Of a DNA stretch of 64,000 nucleotides, positions 47,401-55,381 are shown piece after piece. The stretch is from positions 6,656,259 to 6,720,258 of the forward strand of contig JASGKS010000001.1 of the NCBI GenBank assembly GCA_047600485.1. The letters run 5' to 3'. The number at the start of each line of letters is the position of its first letter. Position 1 is the first letter of the stretch. The translations under genes and the position numbers were made by a program. Under the pieces are notes generated by a model. It ran no database searches. It saw only the letters and a program-made list of their open reading frames with translations, and was not told the origin of the DNA. This DNA comes from Archangium sp. Its GTDB lineage: Bacteria > Myxococcota > Myxococcia > Myxococcales > Myxococcaceae.

Positions 47401-50222
47401 CCCGAGTCAGGGTGAATGGTGGTGCCCGACGGCAGCGTGAAGGTGACGTTCTGCGCCGAGCCCAGCGGCACGTCGTTTCCGAACGAGTCCTTCCGCGCGA
47501 TGGTGACGGGCGTGCAGCCACCCGCGGTCTGCGCGGCAGACGCGGTGCCGAGCAACGTGTTGGGCGTCTCGAACACCAGCGTCGGCGTCCCCGGAGCGAC
47601 GGTGAAGTTGATGACCGCGTTGGTGGTCGCGACCGCGGCCTGCACCATGTGCATGCCCGCCGTCTTGGGGCGAATCGAGAAGCTGGTGGTGTGCGTGTTG
47701 TTCATCGTCACCGGCCCGCCCGCAGCGCCCATGCAGTTCTGCTGCGCGTAGAGGTCCCACTGCGTGCCGTTGGGGAAGGTGATGGACACGTTGTTGTTCC
47801 CGCTCGTCGGCGCGTTGTTGTTGAACATGTCGCGGCGCGAGAGCGTGACGTTCTGGCAGGCGCCGGCGGTGACGCTGGTGCTGCCTCCGGCGGGCACGTC
47901 GACGATGAGGCTCGGCATGCCCGGCGTCACCGTCAGCGTCGCGGGCGTCGAGGTGCTGAAGCCCGCCACCGTCGCGGTCAATTGATACGGAGTCACCGGC
48001 GACGTCACCGTGTGGCGCGCCGAGAAGCTCGCGCTGCCCGTCATCGTCGGCAACGGCAATGAGCTGCCGGTGCACGCGGGCGCAGTGCCCACCGTGACGC
48101 CTGCGGGGTTCGAGCCGACCGTCACCGTCTGCGCAGTCGTGAACACCGTCGGGTTGTCGAAGGTGTCGAGCACGTTCACCACGTACTGCGCGGCGGTGCA
48201 GCTGCCGGCCTGCGCGGTCTGCGTGTTGGGCACGCCGAAGCTCAACTTCGCCGGAATGTTCGGGAGAATCGAGTTGCCGGTGAACATCGTGGGCGGCGGG
48301 TTGAGCGTCGACGAGGCGCTGATGGTGAAGTTCGACACCGCGCGATTGCCGCGGAAATAGATCTGCGTCGAGGTCTGGCCCGAGGGCACGGTGACCACGC
48401 CGTTCAAGTCGGTGAGGCAGCCGGCGCCCGTATAGAAGTGGAACGACGAGTCAGCGCCGGGCGTGGTGAAGAGGTTGAAGTTGAGCGCCGTGGGGCTCGA
48501 CGCGAGGTTCATCGTGGTGTCGCGCAGCTCGATGGTGATGGGGCTCGCGCTGCACACGCCTGCGAGCGTGGTCTGCGGCTGACCGGTCCACGCGAAGGTC
48601 GAAGCAGGGCCCGACGAAATGATGATGTCCTGGGTGTCGGGCAGAATCGGCGGCACGGTGATGTTGGCCGCCGCCGTGATGCGCGTGCCGGTGCCGGTGC
48701 CCATCGAGCCCGCTTGAATGTTGATGGCGGTGGCGCCGGCCGGCAGCGTGAAGTCGGTGAGCGGCACCGTGCAGCCCGTGTCACTGGTCTGGAAGAAGCG
48801 CACCGGTGCCGCGCCCATCACCGACATCGTGAGTGGCAACGACATGTTCAGCGGCGAAGGGTTGTTGAACGAGTCCTGCAGCTCGACCACCAGCTGCGCG
48901 GTGCTGCAGAAGCTGGTGGTGAGCAGCGCGAGCGTGCCGTTGGTGAACTTCAAGTGGTGCGGCGTGCCCGGCATCACGTTGAAGTTCTGCATCGCTGCGG
49001 TGCCAATCGACGGAGCGGCGCGAATGGTGTGCGGCCCGGCGCGCTTGACGCTCAAGTACACGGTCGCGGTGCCCTGCCCCGGCTGCAGCATCACGGTCGG
49101 CGCCGGCGTCATGCAGTTCGCGTCGCCGTAGATCATCTCGTCGGCAGGCACGACCTCACCCGGCGTCGCGCTCAGGTTGATGGTGGTGGGCGCGTCGACC
49201 GCGGTCGGCAGATTTCCCATGTCGAAGAACTCGAGCGAGATGGGCGTCGCTCCGCACGTTCCTGCGTTGAGCGTGAGCGGCTGATTGGTGAAGCGGATGC
49301 CGGTGACCGGGCGCGGGTGCACTTCGACCACCGCGGTGCCCGGCGTCGGCACACGCGAGGCAGTAGCAGTGAAGGTGTTGCTGCCGAAAGCCGTCTCGTC
49401 GGCCTTCAAGAAGACGTCGATGAACGTGGTGTTGAAGAGAATCGGCAGCGACGTGAGCGCCATGTCGCCGCAGTTCGACGTGTTGTGCACCGTCACGCCG
49501 GTGATGGACGAAGTGAAGGTGACTGGCGTGTCGCGCACCGCGGTGCGCGGGCCCGAAGCGTTCGCCAGCTCGATGCGCACCGGCAGGCAGTCGCCGCGAT
49601 TCATGGTCGGCGCCATCGGCGACACCACCACCCGCTCGGCTTGATCGAGACAGAAGGTGGCGGAGCCGCACTCCGAGTCGTCGCAACCGAGGTTGGAGTC
49701 ACAGTCGGTGTCGACCTGGCTCGAGCACACCTGCGTCGCGCCCGGGAAGATGGTCGCGTCGTCGTCGCGGCAGTCGGGGCCGCCCTTCACCGCCGACACG
49801 AAGCCGTCGCGATCACCGTCGAGCGCCACGCCCGGAGGGTCGAGCGAGAGCTCGAAAGGCAACACACCCGACTCGGGGAACGTCGCCGGCTCGAGCCCGC
49901 CCTGCGCGTTCAACTGGAGCGTCGACTCGTCGTCGCACTTGCCGAGGTAACCGGTGACCTGCAGGTTGACGCTCGCCGGGAGGTCTTCGCCGCGCAGCAC
50001 GCCGAACACGAGGGTGTCGTCGGCCGGCCGCTTCACGATTTTGTACTTCTTCTCGACCGCGTCCTGCAGCACCGCGAGCTTGATGCAGTCGGCGCGCACC
50101 TTGGTGGTGCCCTGCGACTTGAGCGTGACGGTGACCTTGAGTGCGGCGTCGGGAGGCTTGCAGCCACTGAGCGCGGCGAGTGCCGCGAGGGTTGCCGGGA
50201 GGAACCCGAGTTGACGTCTCAT
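44418..50222 (-). CDS. giant (about 1934-aa) surface lipoprotein with MopE-type metal-binding motif and more than 12 bacterial Ig-like (Big_1/invasin-type) repeats
   Basis: ORF 44418..50984 is trimmed to the Met giving signal plus lipobox MRRQLGFLPATLAALAALSGC. The upstream 254 codons are Arg-rich antisense of the DUF218 gene. A DGDRDGF..GGPDCRDDDATIFPGATQVCSSQVDTDCDS MopE-like motif is present. The repeat core A/SG.C.....I.....D.F.N.... recurs about 12 times. The roughly 450-aa C-terminal domain is unrelated to the repeats. Confidence 0.7.
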   Translation of the reverse strand: MRRQLGFLPATLAALAALSGCKPPDAALKVTVTLKSQGTTKVRADCIKLAVLQDAVEKKYKIVKRPADDTLVFGVLRGEDLPASVNLQVTGYLGKCDDESTLQLNAQGGLEPATFPESGVLPFELSLDPPGVALDGDRDGFVSAVKGGPDCRDDDATIFPGATQVCSSQVDTDCDSNLGCDDSECGSATFCLDQAERVVVSPMAPTMNRGDCLPVRIELANASGPRTAVRDTPVTFTSSITGVTVHNTSNCGDMALTSLPILFNTTFIDVFLKADETAFGSNTFTATASRVPTPGTAVVEVHPRPVTGIRFTNQPLTLNAGTCGATPISLEFFDMGNLPTAVDAPTTINLSATPGEVVPADEMIYGDANCMTPAPTVMLQPGQGTATVYLSVKRAGPHTIRAAPSIGTAAMQNFNVMPGTPHHLKFTNGTLALLTTSFCSTAQLVVELQDSFNNPSPLNMSLPLTMSVMGAAPVRFFQTSDTGCTVPLTDFTLPAGATAINIQAGSMGTGTGTRITAAANITVPPILPDTQDIIISSGPASTFAWTGQPQTTLAGVCSASPITIELRDTTMNLASSPTALNFNLFTTPGADSSFHFYTGAGCLTDLNGVVTVPSGQTSTQIYFRGNRAVSNFTISASSTLNPPPTMFTGNSILPNIPAKLSFGVPNTQTAQAGSCTAAQYVVNVLDTFDNPTVFTTAQTVTVGSNPAGVTVGTAPACTGSSLPLPTMTGSASFSARHTVTSPVTPYQLTATVAGFSTSTPATLTVTPGMPSLIVDVPAGGSTSVTAGACQNVTLSRRDMFNNNAPTSGNNNVSITFPNGTQWDLYAQQNCMGAAGGPVTMNNTHTTSFSIRPKTAGMHMVQAAVATTNAVINFTVAPGTPTLVFETPNTLLGTASAAQTAGGCTPVTIARKDSFGNDVPLGSAQNVTFTLPSGTTIHPDSGCSMAAITTIPLTANDVRATFYVKATASAPTGGPAPQNVSAILSGQTATLTLTVSPASPNLAFVAPTGGMASVAANTCVTVTIERRDSFGNLVPIPGGTTTMALVASGSIVAFDSNNCTGTAQTTSLPVTPGNSSKTFSVRSTIAATPSFGLTLAGQMLTLGLTVSPGPLAVLLVENVPSMYTAGTCTAQSIVVHRKDNFTNDIVADPPLSVTFSSPRFSFSSTPTTCAGAMATANVVIPNGSAVSTDPVFARATLATAPATTTIVATSMSPMLTGTATTTVNAAAPIEIFFSNAAGSVTSGSCSASLTVQLRDAFMNTVLPSSPYTITTSSSATATFFARTACGLPSGTTFNLTSASPTGTFTFNPATATMHTITASGTGPTLSANQSWNVTAGAVAKLNWQQPPTAAPARFGCVSAGIIQTLDAANNVALTAADTVVTPTATAGAGLTFYSDAACTSVISNFTISSGFSASNEFFMLATGGGSSTVSATSGVLTAAPNQTVTPTGAAGSFVVTGTADLEAGACQQYTIQRRDGANAVLNNGTTIVTPSVATGGTLSTSSDCTAAAPATLTIPHGMNSTTVYVRGRSATPTGATTAATANLTASDATAGSTNGVLSLTVYPLVRRGSCDLVSVATLPCSIGVPIPNDDISRTFLIITSTGRPSQAGNTLDASDQNVECHLDNSSGVNVVCNRQTANGTMNIKWQTVSYGRDYASGFGATVQHFRVNLTGSTAMQTVSSAPLANSFILMSNTYESAQNDGNGFPIIKLNSPTQVQLDANGTATNRFVSFQVVSLAGSTVVHANSAPTSGMGNPSYGMTLSASTNAFLLMTAQITTTTEPNVMCKRITRARFNSGNGTFRRGGVTTPPTVCTSDAIATMNVSKVTLPVSGSGVLGTATQLSDITITSGNPNGNTMAFTAVPLHRSITLLGQQGPGGQSGGESDFNNMMNDGDDTSHFHAVLDFNGAGTMVNAARTLPASGTPTSVFTPFLVTFDP

Positions 50223-50300
50223 GTTCGAACCTGGAGCGCTCGTTGTGGGGGCCGACTTCAGGCGAGCGCGAGTACCTAAGAACTCTAGCGCAGCCGTGAT

Positions 50301-51083
50301 GTGATGCCGTGTGTGTTCTTCGTCCTCTCCAAGCTGCTCGACATCGCGGTCGACCCCTTCTGGTGGAGCTTCGTTTTGCTGCTTTCCGGGCTCCTGCTGG
50401 CCCGCGTCGAGCGCCGGCGCAAGCTCGGTCACGGGCTGAGCGCGGCCGGGCTCGCGACACTGTTTCTGTTCTCGATGCCTCCCGTCGCCAACCGACTGTG
50501 GCGCTCGCTCGAGAGCGGCGTGGAAGCGACCATGAAGACCGGCGAGCCGTACGACGCGGTGGTGTTGCTCGGCGGCGCGGTCACTCCGGCGGGGAGTCTT
50601 CCCGACGAGCCGGCGTGGAACGACAACGTGGAGCGGCTGCTGACGGTACGCGCCCTGCTCGCGAGCGGTCAGGCGAAGGTCGCCATCGTGAGCGGCGGAG
50701 CGCTCGGCAGCGGGCTCCCGTCGGAAGCCGAGTACCTCTCGCGCGAGCTCATCGCGATGGGCATCGCTCCCGAGCGCGTGGTGGTCGAGCCGAAGGCCAA
50801 CAACACGCGCGAGAACGCGACGGAGAGCAAGAAGCTGCTCGAGCAACTCGGAGCGAAGCGTGTGCTGCTCGTCACCAGCGCGTTTCACATGCCGCGCGCG
50901 GTGGGCTGTTTCCGCGCGGTGGGCATCGAGGCCGACGCGCGCCCCGTCGACTTTCGAATTCGTGACACGTCGCTCGACCCGCACCTCGCGCCGCGCGGTG
51001 AGTACCTGGGCTTGAGCTCACGCGCGATTCGCGAGTGGCTCGGCCGGGCCGTGTATTCGGTGATGGGCTACACGAAGAGCTGA
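50301..51083 (+). CDS. DUF218/YdcF-family membrane-anchored protein
   Basis: N-terminal TM helices followed by the YdcF-like Rossmann core (DAVVLLGGAV..AKVAIVSGGALG..RVLLVTSAFHMPRA). Confidence 0.65.
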   Translation: MMPCVFFVLSKLLDIAVDPFWWSFVLLLSGLLLARVERRRKLGHGLSAAGLATLFLFSMPPVANRLWRSLESGVEATMKTGEPYDAVVLLGGAVTPAGSLPDEPAWNDNVERLLTVRALLASGQAKVAIVSGGALGSGLPSEAEYLSRELIAMGIAPERVVVEPKANNTRENATESKKLLEQLGAKRVLLVTSAFHMPRAVGCFRAVGIEADARPVDFRIRDTSLDPHLAPRGEYLGLSSRAIREWLGRAVYSVMGYTKS

Positions 51084-51836
51084 TCAGCTCGCGAGCACCG
51101 CACGCGCGCGCGCGTCGAATTGCGCGAGCACCACGTCGGCGTGCAATTCCAACCACGGTCGCAGCAGCACGAGGAGCGGGAGGCGCGTGAACAACTCAGC
51201 GAGCCGAGCGCGCCAGGAAGCGACGTCGGCGTCGAAGCGCGCGCGACGCTCGGCCGTCATCTTCGAGCGCTCTTCTCTCAGGCGCGCCACGCCATAGGCG
51301 ACGTGACGTGATTCGTCGCGCTGCAGCCGTTCCATCGCCATCGCGAGTTCTCCCAACGTGCAGCGATTGCCGACGGAGAAGAAGCGATTGTCACTCTGCG
51401 ACGAGAGCAACGCAGCCGAAGCGCCGAACAGCGAGTGACCGAGCGTCTCGATGACGAGGTGCGTGCCGATGAGGAGCGCCGGCAGCTCAGTGGCGCTGCT
51501 CGCGTCACACAGCAGCTCGCGCAGATGCGGGTTCACCGGGCGCTCGATGGCGAGTCGGCGGCGCGCGTCGACGAAGAAGGCGACGTGTCGTTCCTGCGCG
51601 CGGAGCTGACGCTCGGCGAGCTGCCGGCCCTCGGCGGAAGTCTCGAGGAGCACCGCGCGGCGGGCCGCTCCGAGCACGGCGCGCTCGCCCTCGAGCACCT
51701 GCGCGACGACGTCGGCGACGATGAAGCGCAGCCACGCCGGGAGCGCCTCGAGCCCGAGCGGTGTGTCGACGTCGGACTGTTCTTCAACGCGAGCGAGAAG
51801 GACGGTGAGTGGTCGCATGTCAGTCATTCGCTGCAA
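51084..51836 (-). CDS. ferritin-like/diiron-oxygenase-like protein, hypothetical
   Basis: Three E-x-x-H-type helices (AQERHVAFF, VIETLGHSLF, RDESRHVAYG) suggest a diiron carboxylate fold (AurF-like). Confidence 0.4.
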   Translation of the reverse strand: MQRMTDMRPLTVLLARVEEQSDVDTPLGLEALPAWLRFIVADVVAQVLEGERAVLGAARRAVLLETSAEGRQLAERQLRAQERHVAFFVDARRRLAIERPVNPHLRELLCDASSATELPALLIGTHLVIETLGHSLFGASAALLSSQSDNRFFSVGNRCTLGELAMAMERLQRDESRHVAYGVARLREERSKMTAERRARFDADVASWRARLAELFTRLPLLVLLRPWLELHADVVLAQFDARARAVLAS

Positions 51837-52003
51837 CGCGTGCTCCGGATGCGGGGACGGAATTCCGCGGGCCTGCGAGCGGTGAATGTGCAGTTCGCTT
51901 CACAGCGCGGGCACGAAGCTTCTCTGTGACACACGCGGGCCTGTGACACCGCGCGTGTCACCAGCGCGGTCTTCGCGATTCGCGCACTTGCGCGTGGCCG
52001 ACG

Positions 52004-52720
52004 GTGGTGGCGCGCCCATCGCAATCAGCGGGCCGCATGAACTCCAACGCGCTGGTCGTCACGCCGCCCGCCGCTCCAGATTTCTTCCTCGCTGCGCGCA
52101 GCAGCCAGGACGAGGTGATGGACGACGTGCGCGTCGACGAGCGCGATTACCGGCAGTGCCTGGCGGACCTCGCAGCAGTGAATCGTGTGACGCGCACGCA
52201 CGCGCCGATTGTGGAGTGGGTGAGCGCGCAGGTGAAACGACTGCCGCGCCGAAAGCTGGTGGTGCTCGACGTGGCGTTCGGGCAGGGCGACTTGCTGCGC
52301 GAGCTCGCGGCGTGGGCGCGGGAGCACGAGGTCGAGCTCGAGCTGCACGGCGTCGATCTCAACCCGCGCAGTGCGGTGAACGCCCGCGCCGCGACGCCGG
52401 CGGAGCTCGACATCACGTTTCACACTGCCGACGTGTTCGCGTTCTCGCCGGTCGTGCAGCCCGACCTCATCGTGAGCTCGCAGTTCACGCATCATCTCGA
52501 AGAGCGCGACGTGGTGCGCTTCCTGCGTTGGCTGGAGCGCACCGCGAAGCACGCGTGGTTCATCGCCGATCTCGAGCGCAATGCGTTCGCGTTTCATGGC
52601 TTCCCGCTGTTGTGCGCGGTGGCGGGTGGCACTCCATCGTCGAGCGCGATGGGCAGGTGTCGATTGCGCGCGCGTTCCGTCGTGAGGAGTGGCGTGTGCT
52701 GGTCGCGGACGCGCGAGTAG
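52004..52720 (+). CDS. class I SAM-dependent methyltransferase (apparently frameshifted near 52615-52630; the native C-terminus continues in another frame to 52773)
   Basis: Motif I VLDVAFGQGD. After ..NAFAFHGFPLLCAVAG the reading frame of ORF 51886..52773 carries the expected continuation GWHSIVERDGQVSIARAFRREEWRVLVADA. Confidence 0.6.
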   Translation: MVARPSQSAGRMNSNALVVTPPAAPDFFLAARSSQDEVMDDVRVDERDYRQCLADLAAVNRVTRTHAPIVEWVSAQVKRLPRRKLVVLDVAFGQGDLLRELAAWAREHEVELELHGVDLNPRSAVNARAATPAELDITFHTADVFAFSPVVQPDLIVSSQFTHHLEERDVVRFLRWLERTAKHAWFIADLERNAFAFHGFPLLCAVAGGTPSSSAMGRCRLRARSVVRSGVCWSRTRE

Positions 52721-52790
52721 AGGCGACCGTCACGCCGAGCTTCCCGTTCCGTCTCGCGATTTCGTCTCGCTGAGTTTGCGCGAGCGAGCC

Positions 52791-52887
52791 TTGAGGACCG
52801 AAGCGGCGGCGAGTTCTGGCCGTGCACGACGCGAGCAGCCCCTCGCATCGGGCACGGCCAGAAACACGCCGACCCCGCGGTCCTCAA
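52791..52887. mobile_element. short (about 97-bp) member of the same ctggccgtgcacgacgcg inverted-repeat family (TIRs fused, no core)
   Basis: ttgaggaccgaagcggcggcgagttctggccgtgcacgacgcgagcagcccctcgcatcgggcacggccagaaacacgccgaccccgcggtcctcaa. Its halves are reverse complements. It shares ttctggccgtgcacgacgcg(a/g)(a/g)cagcccctcg with the 42365 element. Confidence 0.4.
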
Positions 52888-52942
52888 AGCAGTCTGCGCG
52901 CGTCGCCTTCACCTGCACGCGTGGACATGCTTCAAGCGCCCC

Positions 52943-54364
52943 ATGCGCGCCGCGCTCGTCGCCCTCTTGCTCACCGGCTGTGGAGTTCCCGTCACGTCGA
53001 TGGACGGCAGCATCGCTGACGAAGATGCGGGCACTCAGAGCGACGCAGGCACGACGCTCGATGCAGGCACGTCACAAGACGCAGGCGCGTCGCAGGACGC
53101 AGGCACTCCACAAGACGCAGGGACGCAACAGGACGCAGGCACACCGAGCGACGCTGGCATCATCGACGCCGGCACGAGCACCCTCGCCTACCCCGTCGGC
53201 ACCAAGCACTCCCCGCTCACGAACGAAGTCGTCGCGCACCTCCGCGCCATCGCGGCGCTGAACACCACGCGCGCGCCCAACGTGCTCTCGAAGGTCGGCG
53301 ACTCGAACACCGTGAACACCGGCTACCTCAACTGCTTCGCCGGCAGCTCCGTCGACCTCGCCGGCCGCACCTCGCTCGACGCCGCGCTCACGCACTTCCG
53401 CGGCGGCATGGTGCAGGGCTCGAGCGCGTTCACCCGCACCAGCCAGTCCGCCACCATCGGCTGGAGCGCACAGTCAGCCGTCGCCGGCACGCCATCGCCG
53501 CTGCAGCAAGAAGTCGACACCGCGAACCCGCGCTACGCGACGGTGATGTTCGGCACCAACGACGTCGGCTTCATGAACCCCGACCTCTTCGGCCGCAGCA
53601 TGTTCACCATCATCGACACGCTCTCGATGCAGGGCGTGGTGCCCATCATCACCTCGGTCCCGCCGCGCGACGACAGCACCACCGCCGACGCGTGGGTGCC
53701 CCGCTACAACCTCATCGCGCGCGGCATCGCGCAGGCGCGAAAAATTCCGTTCGTCGATTTGAACCGCGAGCTGCTCCCGGTGCCCGCGCACGGCCTCAGC
53801 GGCGACGGAGTGCACCTGAGCACCTACTTCACCGCCGCCGGCGCGCGCGGCTGCGTGTTCACCACCGCGGGTCTCCACTTCGGTCAGAACGTGCGAAACC
53901 TCGCGACGCTCGAAGCGCTCGACCGCGCATGGCGTGCCGTCGAGACCAACACCGCGAGCGACACCACCGCGCCGCGCATCGTCGGCTCCGGTCTGCCGGG
54001 TGATGAAGTGGTCATCGGCTCGCTCCCGTTCGTCGACGCGCGTGACACCCGCACCGACGGAGCGGCCAACATCGCGAGCTACCCGGGCTGCAACGCCGTG
54101 CAGAGCGAGAGCGGTCGCGAAGTGCTGTACCGGCTCGAAGTGACGCAGGCCATCAACCTCCGCGCGTTCGTCATTTCGCTCGGCACCAGTGACGTCGACA
54201 TCCATCTCTTGTCGTCACCTTCCGGCAGCGCGTGCCTCGCACGCAGCGACAAGGTCCTCACCCGCGCGATGACGCCCGGAACCTATTGGCTCTCGCTCGA
54301 CACCTTCGAGGGCTCGAGCGGCGCGCTGCCCGGCGAATATCTCCTCGTGGTGATGGCCGAGTGA
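52943..54364 (+). CDS. SGNH/GDSL-family hydrolase lipoprotein with N-terminal DAGTxQ tandem repeats
   Basis: Lipobox LLLTGCG. Seven DAGT.Q-type hexapeptide repeats. GDS block KVGDSNT, block III FGTNDVG, catalytic DGVH. C-terminal roughly 150-aa beta domain. Confidence 0.6.
   Translation: MRAALVALLLTGCGVPVTSMDGSIADEDAGTQSDAGTTLDAGTSQDAGASQDAGTPQDAGTQQDAGTPSDAGIIDAGTSTLAYPVGTKHSPLTNEVVAHLRAIAALNTTRAPNVLSKVGDSNTVNTGYLNCFAGSSVDLAGRTSLDAALTHFRGGMVQGSSAFTRTSQSATIGWSAQSAVAGTPSPLQQEVDTANPRYATVMFGTNDVGFMNPDLFGRSMFTIIDTLSMQGVVPIITSVPPRDDSTTADAWVPRYNLIARGIAQARKIPFVDLNRELLPVPAHGLSGDGVHLSTYFTAAGARGCVFTTAGLHFGQNVRNLATLEALDRAWRAVETNTASDTTAPRIVGSGLPGDEVVIGSLPFVDARDTRTDGAANIASYPGCNAVQSESGREVLYRLEVTQAINLRAFVISLGTSDVDIHLLSSPSGSACLARSDKVLTRAMTPGTYWLSLDTFEGSSGALPGEYLLVVMAE
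53024..53160. repeat. in-frame 18-bp tandem repeat (7 units, gacgcaggcac...cag) encoding DAGTxQ hexapeptides
   Basis: gatgcgggcactcagagc gacgcaggcacgacgctc gatgcaggcacgtcacaa gacgcaggcgcgtcgcag gacgcaggcactccacaa gacgcagggacgcaacag gacgcaggcacaccgagc. Confidence 0.8.
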
Positions 54365-54381
54365 GGGCAACGCAGACGCAG

Positions 54382-55347
54382 ATGCCGTGGTGGAAGGGCT
54401 ACCGCGCAGGCTCCCAATCAGCCGAGCCGAGCAGCGGGGCGATGCAGATCAACTACCACGGTGCGCGCGTCACCGCCGGGCAGCAGCGAGCGGTCGAGCG
54501 CGCGGTCGTCAGCGCGCCGCGCATGCAGGCGACGATTCTCGAAGCCATCGTGCAGGCGTACCCCGCGAAGGCCACGCGCTCGTCGCTGAAGAAGCTCATC
54601 GAGCCCTGGGAACTGCTGGTGATGAAGGAAAGCCACGAGGGGCTCGCGTACGTCGCCTGGGGCTTCAGCTGCGCGTGGGACCCGTCGGGCTTCTACGTGA
54701 TGACGCACGCGGAGCGCATCGTCGCCGTCGGCGACTTCGACGTGCTCACGTACCCAATCGCCGACCCGCAGAGAGCGCCGCGCACCATTCGCAGCGCGAC
54801 ACCGGCACAGCGCACCGCCGCACGCGAGCGCGCACGCACCGCCGCGCGAAAGAACCCGCCCAGACTCGCTTCCCGCGAAGAGCTTCAAATCACGCTGCCA
54901 GTGTGGGCCGGCTTTTCGTCGAGGCCCGGAGAGAAGGTCGCGAAGGGCTCGATCCTCGTGAGCGTGGGGGAGGACGGAGACGACGTCACGGCTGCGCAGC
55001 AGCGGGCCTACCGCGCGTTGATCAAGGAAGCGCGCGCCACCCAGACCGTGCTGCTCGACGCAATCGTCGCGAGCTACCCCGAGGCGCGGCGACGATTCGA
55101 TGGCTTCTTCATGGCCATGCCCGAGCAGGTGAACCGCAAGAGCCTCGAAGACCTCATCTCACTCACCAGCGTGTGCATTCACGACGTCGAGCGCGGTGGG
55201 CTCGCCTACGTCGGCTTCTCCTTCTCGTGCGCGTGGGAGCGCGAGCACGGCCTCGGCGTGATGACGCTCGGCCGGCGCATCGTGAAGCTCGGCGGGGCCG
55301 ACACCGCCATCCTCGGGTGGATCGCCGCGAGAGACCGCGACGCGTGA
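54382..55347 (+). CDS. hypothetical protein with two tandem copies of an uncharacterised roughly 130-aa domain (FSCAWD/E motif)
   Basis: Internal duplication: ILEAIVQAYPAKATRSSLKKLIEPWELLV..GLAYVAWGFSCAWDPSGFYVMTHAERIVAVGDFD matches LLDAIVASYPEARRRFDGFFMAMPEQV..GLAYVGFSFSCAWEREHGLGVMTLGRRIVKLGGAD. The start is uncertain (54382 ATG or 54361 GTG). Confidence 0.5.
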   Translation: MPWWKGYRAGSQSAEPSSGAMQINYHGARVTAGQQRAVERAVVSAPRMQATILEAIVQAYPAKATRSSLKKLIEPWELLVMKESHEGLAYVAWGFSCAWDPSGFYVMTHAERIVAVGDFDVLTYPIADPQRAPRTIRSATPAQRTAARERARTAARKNPPRLASREELQITLPVWAGFSSRPGEKVAKGSILVSVGEDGDDVTAAQQRAYRALIKEARATQTVLLDAIVASYPEARRRFDGFFMAMPEQVNRKSLEDLISLTSVCIHDVERGGLAYVGFSFSCAWEREHGLGVMTLGRRIVKLGGADTAILGWIAARDRDA

Positions 55348-55381
55348 GTGCGGGTCACCCGCTTGCATTGCCACGCGCCCC

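Noticed and set aside
50223-50984. N-terminal 254 codons of the 2188-aa ORF 44418..50984
   Set aside because: This part is Arg/His-rich, has no signal peptide and is antisense to the DUF218 gene. The protein sensibly starts at the lipoprotein signal MRRQLGFLPATLAALAALSGC (about 50222).
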